In this document: positions 17,336 through 25,403 of the stretch, piece after piece
Position numbering within the stretch: the stretch's first letter is position 1
Layout: every line of letters starts with the position of its first letter
Source of the DNA: a virus
Lineage: Duplodnaviria > Caudoviricetes
DNA: 41,656 nt
Virus record (IMG/VR): IMGVR_UViG_3300035542_000178
Span: 1 to 41,656 of that record
Direction: 5' to 3' (one strand)
Made by a program: the position numbers and the translations under genes
Notes under the pieces: model-generated
Told to the model about the DNA's origin: nothing
What the model saw: the letters and a program-made list of their open reading frames with translations, nothing else
Database searches by the model: none

Positions 17336-17421
17336 AACATTGTATATAGTTAATGCGCCAAGTTAGGTCGGTGCTTAATTCAATCATTTGTGGTAGGCGC
17401 ACTAACCATATACCTACCGTT
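17336..17421 (+). repeat. attC-like site 8
   Basis: Arms gtatatagttaatgcgcc / ggcgcactaaccatatac. Confidence 0.88.
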
Positions 17422-17629
17422 AGCGCACATTTTGACGAAGAGACCTCTGAACACTCAACTTCTCAATCCGATGAGTATCGTCCTCGTATTTCGTACGCTT
17501 CAACCTCGAAAAATGGTATTCAAGTTTCGAGTAGGTGAACCCTGTTAGCTCTTGCAAAACAGGAATACTCCCTGCTATTGCGGGAGTATCCGTTTGCTTG
17601 TTTAAGTACCAGTACATTGTTATTTGCAT
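17420..17629 (-). CDS. Small hypothetical, possibly DNA-binding protein
   Basis: 69 aa; SIPVLQELTGFTYSKLEYHF HTH-like; stop supplied by the GTTA core. Confidence 0.65.
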   Translation of the reverse strand: MQITMYWYLNKQTDTPAIAGSIPVLQELTGFTYSKLEYHFSRLKRTKYEDDTHRIEKLSVQRSLRQNVR

Positions 17630-17814
17630 ATTTCTGGGTACAACTCTTCAACAGGTGCTTGATGTGAATTTTGAACATTTAACATCTTTACATTTGATGC
17701 CTTTACATTTGAATCAAGTTGCTGGAATCTTGCTACTGCATTTGCTTTTTTGTAAGCTTTTACTTGAGTGAAAGTTCCGTTAACTTCTGCTGAGAAAACC
17801 TTTGCCTTTTTCAT
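17620..17814 (-). CDS. Small basic hypothetical protein
   Basis: 64 aa downstream of a consensus promoter. Confidence 0.65.
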   Translation of the reverse strand: MKKAKVFSAEVNGTFTQVKAYKKANAVARFQQLDSNVKASNVKMLNVQNSHQAPVEELYPEICK

Positions 17815-17857
17815 TGTCGTAGTGTATTAGTGAATGATTAATTAAATTTGTACACTA

Positions 17858-17889
17858 CAAATATAGTGTGTTATTTCGTATAATCCAAA
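17858..17889 (-). promoter_or_regulatory. Bacteroidota promoter TTTG-N20-TATATTTG
   Basis: -7 box 17858-17865, -33 box 17886-17889. Confidence 0.7.
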
Positions 17890-17963
17890 TATTTTTGCAA
17901 TTATTTTACGATTATTTTCATTTATTTCGTAATTTAAAGTAATTCTAAATAAAAACGTGCGCT

Positions 17964-18087
17964 AACACAGGGTTAAGCTCATTGCCTTTCTGCTCATTGG
18001 ATACATTCTCGGTACTCATAACTTTTTAATTTTATGGTTAATATTCAGTTTGTGGAGGTCGGCAACGAAGCCCAACCCCCAGCCGTT
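17964..18087 (+). repeat. attC-like site 9
   Basis: Arms gggttaagctcattgcc / ggcaacgaagcccaaccc. Confidence 0.8.
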
Positions 18088-18099
18088 AAGCTCAATAAT

Positions 18100-21000
18100 T
18101 TAAAACGGCGGTTCTTCCTTATTTCCATCGCCATCAGTTATTGCCGTATCAAATTGCGACAACCGCTCTAAGTGTAAATCCAGTTTTTCATAGTTAAAAA
18201 TGTAGCCGTTGGTTACATGATCTTCGAAACGTACGCCTTTTTTCATGCCAATAAACTCGTTACTTGTTTTTAGGTAAAATATAAGGGTCGACTTTGGCAG
18301 TGGATGCTGACCGGTGCGGCGCATCGTTTCGGCATATACTTCGTAGATACGCGAGAATTTAAGGTAAATAATTTTTATTGGTGTTTCAAATTTCGTCTCT
18401 TTACCTTCGATATTGATTTGGTAAACGGTGTCAATTTTATAATCCTGCCCGTCGGCAAGCATCCTGTTTTCAACGGCCGACTCAATGGTATCCCAAAAGT
18501 TGCGCTTTTCGGCAGAGTTGACAATAAACGAGCTTTGGTCTATTATATTTTGCCGGGCTATTTTTAGCAACTCCGGGTAGCTCATGTTTACATCAATCTT
18601 ATCTTCGAAATATTTAAACGCTGCCACCAGGATGGTTACATTCCTGAAAATGCGGTCTTCCATTTCAACGCCGGTTAGCTCTTTGCGCAAATCGCTGCTT
18701 ACCTTATCGTACACTTTAAAGTATGTTTTTTCAAAATCTTCGCGGTATTTCAGCATCTCTAAAGAAAAATGTGACAACCCGTCTTTTTCAATGTCTTTAA
18801 GCAGGTCGTAATTTTGTTGCTCTTTTTGTGAAAATTCGCTTTTAAAAAATTGCAGCAGTATTACCCGTTTTAGCAATGCCACATCGGCGGTGGGCATTTC
18901 CTGACCGGTAATTATGATGCCTGCATTTACGGTTGACACTTGTGTTTTTCTTCCTTTTTCAATGCCCCCTTTTTTACGTCCAATTAAATCGTAGGCCGAT
19001 TTAAGCATCTCTATTTTATCGTAATCCACCGCATTTTTATACTCGTCAATCCAAGCAAATGCATTGGAAAACTCCGATAAATGCTCTGCTAATCCAACTT
19101 TAGTGCCATTATGCAAATTATAAGGGTTTTGCGCTTCGCCAAACAGGTACATAAGCGACCAGGCCATTTGTGATTTTCCGGTGCCTGGGGGGCCAAATGC
19201 ATTCAGGATAGGAAAAAATTTAAACTGTGCCGAAATAAAGTCTTTGAACAATGTTGCCAGGTAAAAGCATATAGCAATGCGCCCGCTATCGCCAAACACT
19301 TTAATAAAAAGCGCCGACCAGTCTTTTAGTGTGATATCGCGTTTAATTAGTTTAAACCGGCGCTCTGGGAGAAACAGTGTTTTGTCGCTTTTGTAAATCT
19401 CCGAAAGGGCAGGAATAAAATAATACTTGTTTTTGTTTTCCACGATTCCGTTATTATCCGTGTCGGTCCATTTGCCGTTAAATATGCCATTGCTAAATGC
19501 AAAGAAACCTTCTTTTTGCCATCCCAGGTGTTCCACCAGCTCGCATGTTTTGGTCTGGTCGTACAGCTTACGCTTTAGTTTCATAAAATGTGTGTCGTTG
19601 CCTTCGAAAAGATAATTCCCGCGGCTTTCAACCACCTTACGAAACCCTTGTATGCTTACCATCGACTGGATATCGATTTCGATAATCTCCTTATCGTTAA
19701 AAACATTTATCATTTCGAACAAACGGCTGCTGTCGTTTACCAGTTTGATGTGGAATAAAGGTTTTAGCACAAAGTTGGAAATGGGGTAATAACCGCCTTC
19801 GCGGGTGCGGAAGTAGTATTTTTTCTTGTACTCGTAAAAACCGTACTTTTCAACCGACTCGGCATCCACATTATCGGGCAGTTTGTTGGTTTCTGCCTTT
19901 TCGGTATTGTCGGCACGCATCAAGGCCAGTTGCTGTTCCCATTGCTTTTTTGGTTTTATTACTTTAGACAGTTTATCGATGTATGCGTTTGCTTTTACAT
20001 CGCTCATATAAAGCAGGATGTTGCATGTTTTTTCCACTGCCTGGGCTTTTAATTCCGGGTCGTCGGGGTTTTGTTCTATAATTTTTGCGGCAAACCATTC
20101 GATATAACTTGTTTTTACATCTTTTTCGTATTCCTTAAACAGTTTTTTTGATGTAAAAAAGCTATCCGGGTCTTCCCCTTTTGGCATTTCAATAACATAT
20201 GCATTTAGTCCGCCGGTAATTAATAAAAAGCCAATCTTTTCGGCAGCCTTTTTCCCTGCAGGGTCGCCATCCGTAATAATAACCACGGTATCGGTAAAGC
20301 GTTTTAGCAGCTTAGCCTGGTCGGGAGTAAAAGCAGTGCCCAGCGGAGCTACGGTGTTTTCAATATCTATGCCGTGCATAGTGGTAACATCGTTATTACC
20401 TTCAACCAGGTAAGCACATCCGGCTTTTGTTATGGCTTTTTTTGCCTGGAACAGCCCGAAAAGCTCTTTCCCTTTGCTAAAAATTTCCGATTCCGGCGAG
20501 TTGATGTATTTCGCATCGGCATTACCGGTAATGTCACGCCCCGAAAACCCAACCAGCTTACCGCTAAAATTGTACACAGGAAACATCATACGTCCGCGAA
20601 AGCGGTCGTACACCTTGCCGTTTTTGTTGCCCAATAATCCCAGGTCAATGAGCAGACTTTCGTTGTATTTTTTTGTTTGTGCTGTTTTGCGCAGGTTGTC
20701 CCAGTCGTTAACGGCATATCCCACTTCAAATTTTTTAGCCATTTGCCCCGATATGCGATTTTTTATATACTCCGGCTGGTGGGTTTTCAGGTTATCAATA
20801 AAATGGTCTTTAGCAAACTCGTTAATAATGCGATATGCTTCAACTTTCTTTTGCTTGGCTTCAAATTCCTGCTGCTGCTTAGGGGTTGTTTTTTGCGGTA
20901 ACGGCAGGTTAAAGCGCTTGGCGATATCAGTAACCGCTTCCCAAAATGAAAGTTTTTCCTGCTCCATAACAAACGCAATGGCATCGCCACTTTTATCGCA

Positions 21001-21180
21001 ACCAAAACAACGGAAATACCCTTTGTTTGGGTTAACCATAAACGATGGTGTTTTTTCGTTATGAAACGGGCAGCAAGCTGTATAATTAACGCCTTTTTGT
21101 TTTAGCGAAATCCCGTAACTCTGTATGACATCAACAATATTAAGGTCGTGTATTTTTTCGGTAATGATATTTAAGGACAT
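18100..21180 (-). CDS. dnaG: DnaG-type primase fused to a C-terminal P-loop NTPase (helicase-like) domain
   Basis: CHC2 zinc finger (CCPFHNEKTPSF...CFGC), KYINSPES, TOPRIM VEG..D and DGD, Walker A GPPGTGKS; ATG 21180 preferred over the track start 21273. Confidence 0.92.
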   Translation of the reverse strand: MSLNIITEKIHDLNIVDVIQSYGISLKQKGVNYTACCPFHNEKTPSFMVNPNKGYFRCFGCDKSGDAIAFVMEQEKLSFWEAVTDIAKRFNLPLPQKTTPKQQQEFEAKQKKVEAYRIINEFAKDHFIDNLKTHQPEYIKNRISGQMAKKFEVGYAVNDWDNLRKTAQTKKYNESLLIDLGLLGNKNGKVYDRFRGRMMFPVYNFSGKLVGFSGRDITGNADAKYINSPESEIFSKGKELFGLFQAKKAITKAGCAYLVEGNNDVTTMHGIDIENTVAPLGTAFTPDQAKLLKRFTDTVVIITDGDPAGKKAAEKIGFLLITGGLNAYVIEMPKGEDPDSFFTSKKLFKEYEKDVKTSYIEWFAAKIIEQNPDDPELKAQAVEKTCNILLYMSDVKANAYIDKLSKVIKPKKQWEQQLALMRADNTEKAETNKLPDNVDAESVEKYGFYEYKKKYYFRTREGGYYPISNFVLKPLFHIKLVNDSSRLFEMINVFNDKEIIEIDIQSMVSIQGFRKVVESRGNYLFEGNDTHFMKLKRKLYDQTKTCELVEHLGWQKEGFFAFSNGIFNGKWTDTDNNGIVENKNKYYFIPALSEIYKSDKTLFLPERRFKLIKRDITLKDWSALFIKVFGDSGRIAICFYLATLFKDFISAQFKFFPILNAFGPPGTGKSQMAWSLMYLFGEAQNPYNLHNGTKVGLAEHLSEFSNAFAWIDEYKNAVDYDKIEMLKSAYDLIGRKKGGIEKGRKTQVSTVNAGIIITGQEMPTADVALLKRVILLQFFKSEFSQKEQQNYDLLKDIEKDGLSHFSLEMLKYREDFEKTYFKVYDKVSSDLRKELTGVEMEDRIFRNVTILVAAFKYFEDKIDVNMSYPELLKIARQNIIDQSSFIVNSAEKRNFWDTIESAVENRMLADGQDYKIDTVYQINIEGKETKFETPIKIIYLKFSRIYEVYAETMRRTGQHPLPKSTLIFYLKTSNEFIGMKKGVRFEDHVTNGYIFNYEKLDLHLERLSQFDTAITDGDGNKEEPPF

Positions 21181-21191
21181 AGGTATATAGA

Positions 21192-21368
21192 TTATTTTAA
21201 AAATTCGTTTTTCTTTCTGTTTTTCAGTGCAACAAACCGCCAGTCTTTTTGCAAGCATGGAAAAGAATCCCACACTTTGCGTGCCTGTTCAGTATCTTTA
21301 GCCTCAATCATTTTGCGGCATCCCCATTCAAGCACCCGGCGTTCGGTTGTTTTGCCGTCGCTACTCAT
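21192..21368 (-). CDS. Small hypothetical protein (58 aa, below track cutoff)
   Basis: Manual translation MSSDGKTTERRVLEWGCRKM...; ATG overlaps the stop of 21365-21697 and fills the gap to the primase. Confidence 0.55.
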   Translation of the reverse strand: MSSDGKTTERRVLEWGCRKMIEAKDTEQARKVWDSFPCLQKDWRFVALKNRKKNEFLK

Positions 21369-21697
21369 ACACCCACCATTTTATTTTCAGAATACACAAG
21401 AGCTTTGCGCCGCAACTCGTAAAATTTTTCGTAAAAATACAGATGCGATTTACTGCCCTGCCCCGGCAAAATACTTTCTATTTTATCGGAGTGCCGCAGA
21501 AAGAATCCTGCCATTTTACGAGGGCTGTTGTAATTGTTTGCCTGTAAGTGTTTTTCTAAAAAGGCAATTTCATGATGCATAAGCATTTTATTTTTCAGGC
21601 TTTTTTCTTGCCGTAATATTTGTTTCCGCACCTTAATGGCTTTTTTAATAAACTTAATTATTGTTTGGTGTAATTGGTATGGATTGTGTTTGGTCAT
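21365..21697 (-). CDS. Hypothetical protein
   Basis: 110 aa in the early operon. Confidence 0.65.
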   Translation of the reverse strand: MTKHNPYQLHQTIIKFIKKAIKVRKQILRQEKSLKNKMLMHHEIAFLEKHLQANNYNSPRKMAGFFLRHSDKIESILPGQGSKSHLYFYEKFYELRRKALVYSENKMVGV

Positions 21698-21701
21698 GGA
21701 G

Positions 21702-21923
21702 TTACGCTTTTAGTTCGTTTATTTCTCGCTCAATGGCCGAAATCTCTTTTTCTAAGCGGTTGTACTTTCTTATCCTGCGTGGTTTTAAACGACACGCTTT
21801 TTGTTCTATCATTTTCTGGCAATACAAAGCGATCAGCGCTTTCTTTTTCTTTTTTATTGCCGTACTGGTCGTACTTGTATGTGGTATCATAAGGCAGTGC
21901 GTTTTTGTATTGCTGTGCTGCAA
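21702..21923 (-). CDS. Hypothetical basic protein (start uncertain)
   Basis: Ends 4 bp before the next ORF; overlaps 21730-22083. Confidence 0.45.
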   Translation of the reverse strand: MQHSNTKTHCLMIPHTSTTSTAIKKKKKALIALYCQKMIEQKACRLKPRRIRKYNRLEKEISAIEREINELKA

Positions 21924-22083
21924 AATCGTAAGCCATTTCGGTGGCTTCTTCCAGCTTTACACGATGGTAGTTAATGGCCAATCCTGCAACAGTCATAATA
22001 ATTAGTAAGACAAACACGGCAACGATGATTATTTTATCAATTTTATTTTCCATGATGGTTTGATTTTTAGTTAAGTCCAACAA
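21730..22083 (-). CDS. Hypothetical membrane-anchored protein
   Basis: One hydrophobic helix IIIVAVFVLLIIMTVAGLAI; likely ATG 22053. Confidence 0.55.
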   Translation of the reverse strand: MLDLTKNQTIMENKIDKIIIVAVFVLLIIMTVAGLAINYHRVKLEEATEMAYDFAAQQYKNALPYDTTYKYDQYGNKKEKESADRFVLPENDRTKSVSFKTTQDKKVQPLRKRDFGH

Positions 22084-22498
22084 TCGGTTCCTGGTCTTTT
22101 ACCGATCGTAAAATCCACCGGTCGGTAACCACAGCTGTAAGTTTGTTTTTTATTGCGGAGTTGAATTTACAGCGTTTGCCTTGTTCGCCAGGGAGGTATA
22201 TCTCTATTCCGTAGGCGTTGGCAAAAGCAATTTCGATGTTGCAACCCTGTGATAATTCCCAATTGGGGAATAAAATCATTGCATCCGATTGGGCCAGGTA
22301 ATCTAAATCGGCCGCCTGTATTTCGGCCAATGTAGGAATACGTTCAAGGGCCTTGGTAAGCTCGTCGTAAATTTGGTGCGGGTTATTAACAATAAAGCCA
22401 CGGTTTTCGTAGTATTGTTGTGCTTTTTTAGCTAGCTCGCGGCTTGATTTTTCATGCCCTGTAATGGGCAAACATAGATAAATTGTTTTTTGTTCCAT
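22067..22498 (-). CDS. DUF4406 / nucleoside 2-deoxyribosyltransferase-like protein
   Basis: IYLCLPITG...NP...DLDYLAQSDAMILFPNWELSQGCNIE. Confidence 0.8.
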   Translation of the reverse strand: MEQKTIYLCLPITGHEKSSRELAKKAQQYYENRGFIVNNPHQIYDELTKALERIPTLAEIQAADLDYLAQSDAMILFPNWELSQGCNIEIAFANAYGIEIYLPGEQGKRCKFNSAIKNKLTAVVTDRWILRSVKDQEPIVGLN

Positions 22499-22518
22499 GG
22501 TGTTTGGTGTGGGGACGG

Positions 22519-23052
22519 TTAATTAAATAAGCTTAGCTGGCTGTCGACCAGTTGTTGGTCTATTACCTTAAGGTTTTTGCCGTGTTGCAAAATTTTACCT
22601 TCCAGTTCGCATAGTTTTTTGTAATCTTCGTTTTCTAATTTTAGCCGCTCGCGAATAGTTTCTGCCTGGCGTTGTGCCCAGGTTTTTTCCGAAAGCTCGT
22701 TAGTTCGCTTTGTAACAGCACCTTGAAAGTGTTCGTACAATAAATCGTAACACTTTTTCTTGTATTGTTGCAACGCGTCTGAGCCAGAGTTTACGCTGAA
22801 TAGCCACCCATAAACATACTTTTCCGGAAGTGCGACCATGTTCTGAAGCCTGTTTTTGGTGTCACGCATGGGCTGATTAGCCACTACGTCTTTTAGAATT
22901 AAATCGGATTTTAGGTTTTTGTAAATTCGATTTGTGTTAAGTCCTAGAGCATCACAGATTGGTTTAATAGCAACCCAAAAAGTTCCATCAATAGAAACAA
23001 ATAGAAGGTTCTTACCATTAAATTTTAAAAAATTCTTTACTTTTTTTTCCAT
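22519..23052 (-). CDS. Phage antirepressor (P22 Ant N-terminal-like domain)
   Basis: WVAIKPICDALGL...LPEKYVYGWLFSVN...YKKKCYDLLYEHF. Confidence 0.85.
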   Translation of the reverse strand: MEKKVKNFLKFNGKNLLFVSIDGTFWVAIKPICDALGLNTNRIYKNLKSDLILKDVVANQPMRDTKNRLQNMVALPEKYVYGWLFSVNSGSDALQQYKKKCYDLLYEHFQGAVTKRTNELSEKTWAQRQAETIRERLKLENEDYKKLCELEGKILQHGKNLKVIDQQLVDSQLSLFN

Positions 23053-23054
23053 AA

Positions 23055-23324
23055 CTAAGCAGATTTTGAAATTTTCTCCGTTTGTTCTAACATTTTTTGA
23101 AATTTTTGCTCAATATCTTCGGCCCATTCAATGGCTGTAGTAATAATGTCATGATAGTCGTTTTTGTGCCCCATAATAACGGCCTGCACAAGCGCTATGC
23201 TAACAGGCTTTTCGCCTTTTTCTTGTAGTTTTTCGTTAACCCTTTCGGTTAATTCTTCCACATATCGGTGCGGAAGTTTTTCTCTTATGCTTTTTAAGTG
23301 GTGTTTGGTGATTTTGCCTCTCAT
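23055..23324 (-). CDS. Putative Cro-like regulator
   Basis: 89 aa, first gene divergent from the repressor. Confidence 0.5.
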   Translation of the reverse strand: MRGKITKHHLKSIREKLPHRYVEELTERVNEKLQEKGEKPVSIALVQAVIMGHKNDYHDIITTAIEWAEDIEQKFQKMLEQTEKISKSA

Positions 23325-23359
23325 TAGTTTTAAGTATTGATTAAGTAATATTATTATAA

Positions 23360-23367
23360 TATATTTG
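23360..23367 (+). promoter_or_regulatory. Bacteroidota -7 box TATATTTG for the repressor gene
   Basis: Consensus match about 80 bp upstream of the repressor ATG. Confidence 0.5.
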
Positions 23368-23449
23368 TAAAGGGTTTATGAAAACAAAGTAAAGTAAACT
23401 TTTCAAAAAAAGCAAATATTTTGGCGATATTTTTAAATATTTTTTTATA

Positions 23450-23815
23450 ATGTCGATAAATACTAGGGTTTCAAAAACAAGAAAAATATTAAAATTAACT
23501 CAGCAAGAGTTTGCAGATGTAATGAATATATCAAGGCAGTCTGTAAACAATATTGAGAATAATCGACATGTTCCTGGTTCTGATTTAATCGCTAAAATAC
23601 TTGACAAATTTCCACAAATAAACGCTCGATGGTTGTTAACCGGTGAAGGAGATATGTTAACTAACACAAACACGGATAACGATATGAGAAAAAATTACAA
23701 TGAAGATTACAAAGACCGCTTAATTCAGTTGCTTGAAGAGAAAGTTGAATATTTAACCGAAGAAAATAAAAGACTAAAAGGTGGTGATGATAAACAAAAA
23801 GCAATGGCCGGTTAA
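23450..23815 (+). CDS. XRE-family HTH repressor (CI-like)
   Basis: LTQQEFADVMNISRQSVNNIENN, INARWLLTGEGDM; divergent from the early operon. Confidence 0.9.
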   Translation: MSINTRVSKTRKILKLTQQEFADVMNISRQSVNNIENNRHVPGSDLIAKILDKFPQINARWLLTGEGDMLTNTNTDNDMRKNYNEDYKDRLIQLLEEKVEYLTEENKRLKGGDDKQKAMAG

Positions 23816-23886
23816 AGATTGCATATAGTAAGCCAATGAACATTAAATTTAAGAACGATTATAAACAAAACAAACATGTTATATAA

Positions 23887-24243
23887 CAGTATTTAAAATA
23901 TCCACGTGTACATTGGTGTGTGCCGCTAACTAAACCGGCATTGCGTTTAATTAAAGATGCCAACCCGCTGCGCTCGCATGGGGTTATTTTTAGTTGTTAC
24001 TGCGACCAGGTTACCAACCGACTGCTAAAAAAAATTACCGATAGTGTAAGCATTTATAAAAAGGTAACTACGCATAGTGCACGACATACTTTTGCTACGC
24101 TGTTTTTAAGCAAAACAAAAAATCTGGCTGCGCTGCAAAAGCTGCTGGGGCATACAAATATAAGCGAGACCATGACTTATGCACATATCCTTACCGAAGA
24201 TATTAAAGACGAGATGGATGTTTTTAATGGGTTTGAAATATAA
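23887..24243 (+). pseudogene. C-terminal fragment of a tyrosine integrase
   Basis: THSARHTFAT, LLGH, TMTYAH present; first catalytic Arg/Lys and N-domains absent; in-frame TAA at 23884-23886. Confidence 0.8.
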
Positions 24244-24247
24244 TAAA

Positions 24248-24274
24248 AAACCCTGACGCTGACGGTCAGGGTTT
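24248..24274. terminator. Bidirectional intrinsic terminator
   Basis: aaaccctgac-gctgacg-gtcagggttt between convergent genes. Confidence 0.8.
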
Positions 24275-24280
24275 AATAAT

Positions 24281-24901
24281 TTAGCTTTCCGGTTGTGGGT
24301 CCGGCTCTACAAACTCAATTTTTAACTGGCGGTTATTAGCCAGCCACTCTTCGAATGGGTAGTTAATGGCATCGCCAAATTGTTTTTCGGCATCTTTAAG
24401 CAGGTTTTTGGCTGTGTTAAAGTTCTTTTTAATTTCCTTTAAATGCTCTTCTGCTTCTACAACTAACTTTTGCTTTTGCTCTAAAAAGTTGGTATGGTCG
24501 GTAAAGTGCCGGTACAATGCATCGTAACATTCCAGTTTGTACTTAATAACTGTTTCTCTTGCCTCGGGACTTACATTTTTGGGGTTAATTCCAAATAACC
24601 AACCAAAGATAAATTTTAATGGCAAAGAGGTCATTTCATACTGTTTTTTATCGTTTCCAGTTGCGGTGCTCAGCACCGTAACTGAACTTAAAATTTCATC
24701 ATTTTGGATTTTCTTTCTCTGGCTTTCTAAATCTACTCCCAAAGCTTCGCAAATTGGCTTAATAGGCACTAATCTGTCGCCGTTTTCAATCATAAGGATT
24801 GATGTTTTGTTTACTCTTGCAATTGTTTTTGTTGTTTTCATAATAATTTGATTTTGATTTATAATAAAGCGTGGTTGTGTTTGGTATTTTCGTTTTGCCA
24901 T
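24281..24901 (-). CDS. Second phage antirepressor (P22 Ant N-terminal-like domain)
   Basis: LVPIKPICEALGVD...LPLKFIFGWLFGINP...YKLECYDALYRHF; start may be ATG 24841. Confidence 0.85.
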   Translation of the reverse strand: MAKRKYQTQPRFIINQNQIIMKTTKTIARVNKTSILMIENGDRLVPIKPICEALGVDLESQRKKIQNDEILSSVTVLSTATGNDKKQYEMTSLPLKFIFGWLFGINPKNVSPEARETVIKYKLECYDALYRHFTDHTNFLEQKQKLVVEAEEHLKEIKKNFNTAKNLLKDAEKQFGDAINYPFEEWLANNRQLKIEFVEPDPQPES

Positions 24902-24926
24902 ACATGGCCGGTCGATTGGTTATCCC

Positions 24927-25172
24927 TTAGATTTGGTCTTCATCTTCAAGCATATCTTTCATTTCGTACAGCATTTCTATAAGCTCGTACTGAAAGTAAA
25001 GCGCTGTGATATCGTAATTCTGCTGTTCTTTTTGTGAAAAAAAACAGGCAGTTTCGAAAACACGCTTTAAGCATTGAATTAAATCGGGGATTTCTTTAGA
25101 TTCGAAAAACTCTAAAAGTTTCTCCTGCGCAGGCGTTACCTGCACTTCTTCTTTTACTGTTTGTTTCTGCAT
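24927..25172 (-). CDS. Hypothetical protein upstream of antirepressor
   Basis: 81 aa; start region is complementary to its own leader. Confidence 0.7.
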   Translation of the reverse strand: MQKQTVKEEVQVTPAQEKLLEFFESKEIPDLIQCLKRVFETACFFSQKEQQNYDITALYFQYELIEMLYEMKDMLEDEDQI

Positions 25173-25292
25173 AACAAAACATTTTTAAAAAGTGAATAAA
25201 AGAGCCGGCAGCTGCAGAAACAAACAAACAAACTTGACTGAGTCAAGAAATGAAGTCTCCGGTTCGCGGGGTTACCCAACCGACCTGCCGGC
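25158..25292 (-). promoter_or_regulatory. Structured 5' leader that could sequester a start codon
   Basis: Perfect 14-bp inverted repeat 25158-25171/25213-25226, plus gccggcag/ctgccggc and cttgac/gtcaag stems. Confidence 0.55.
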
Positions 25293-25403
25293 CTATAAAT
25301 TTTATTACTTACTCCCAAACACCACGTTTGAAGCATGTAATTGATTTGAAACTTTTGATTGTTCTCAGTCATAAGAATAATCGTTTATTTATTTCTGCGA
25401 CTA

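Larger units (their letters stand above)
13322..18087 (+). mobile_element. Integron-like array of nine gene cassettes
   Basis: Nine AACA-arm...arm'-CGTT hairpin sites; the GTT core at each cassette start is the reverse complement of that cassette's own AAC core. Confidence 0.85.

Noticed and set aside
13322-18087. CRISPR array or simple terminator series as explanation of the repeated hairpins
   Set aside because: Arms differ in sequence, spacing is irregular (118-997 bp), there are no cas genes or consistent U-tracts, and the cassette-specific core complementarity is not explained by either
21181-21273. N-terminal extension of the primase in the ORF track
   Set aside because: Overlaps a plausible 58-aa ORF; the zinc-finger domain begins shortly after ATG 21180
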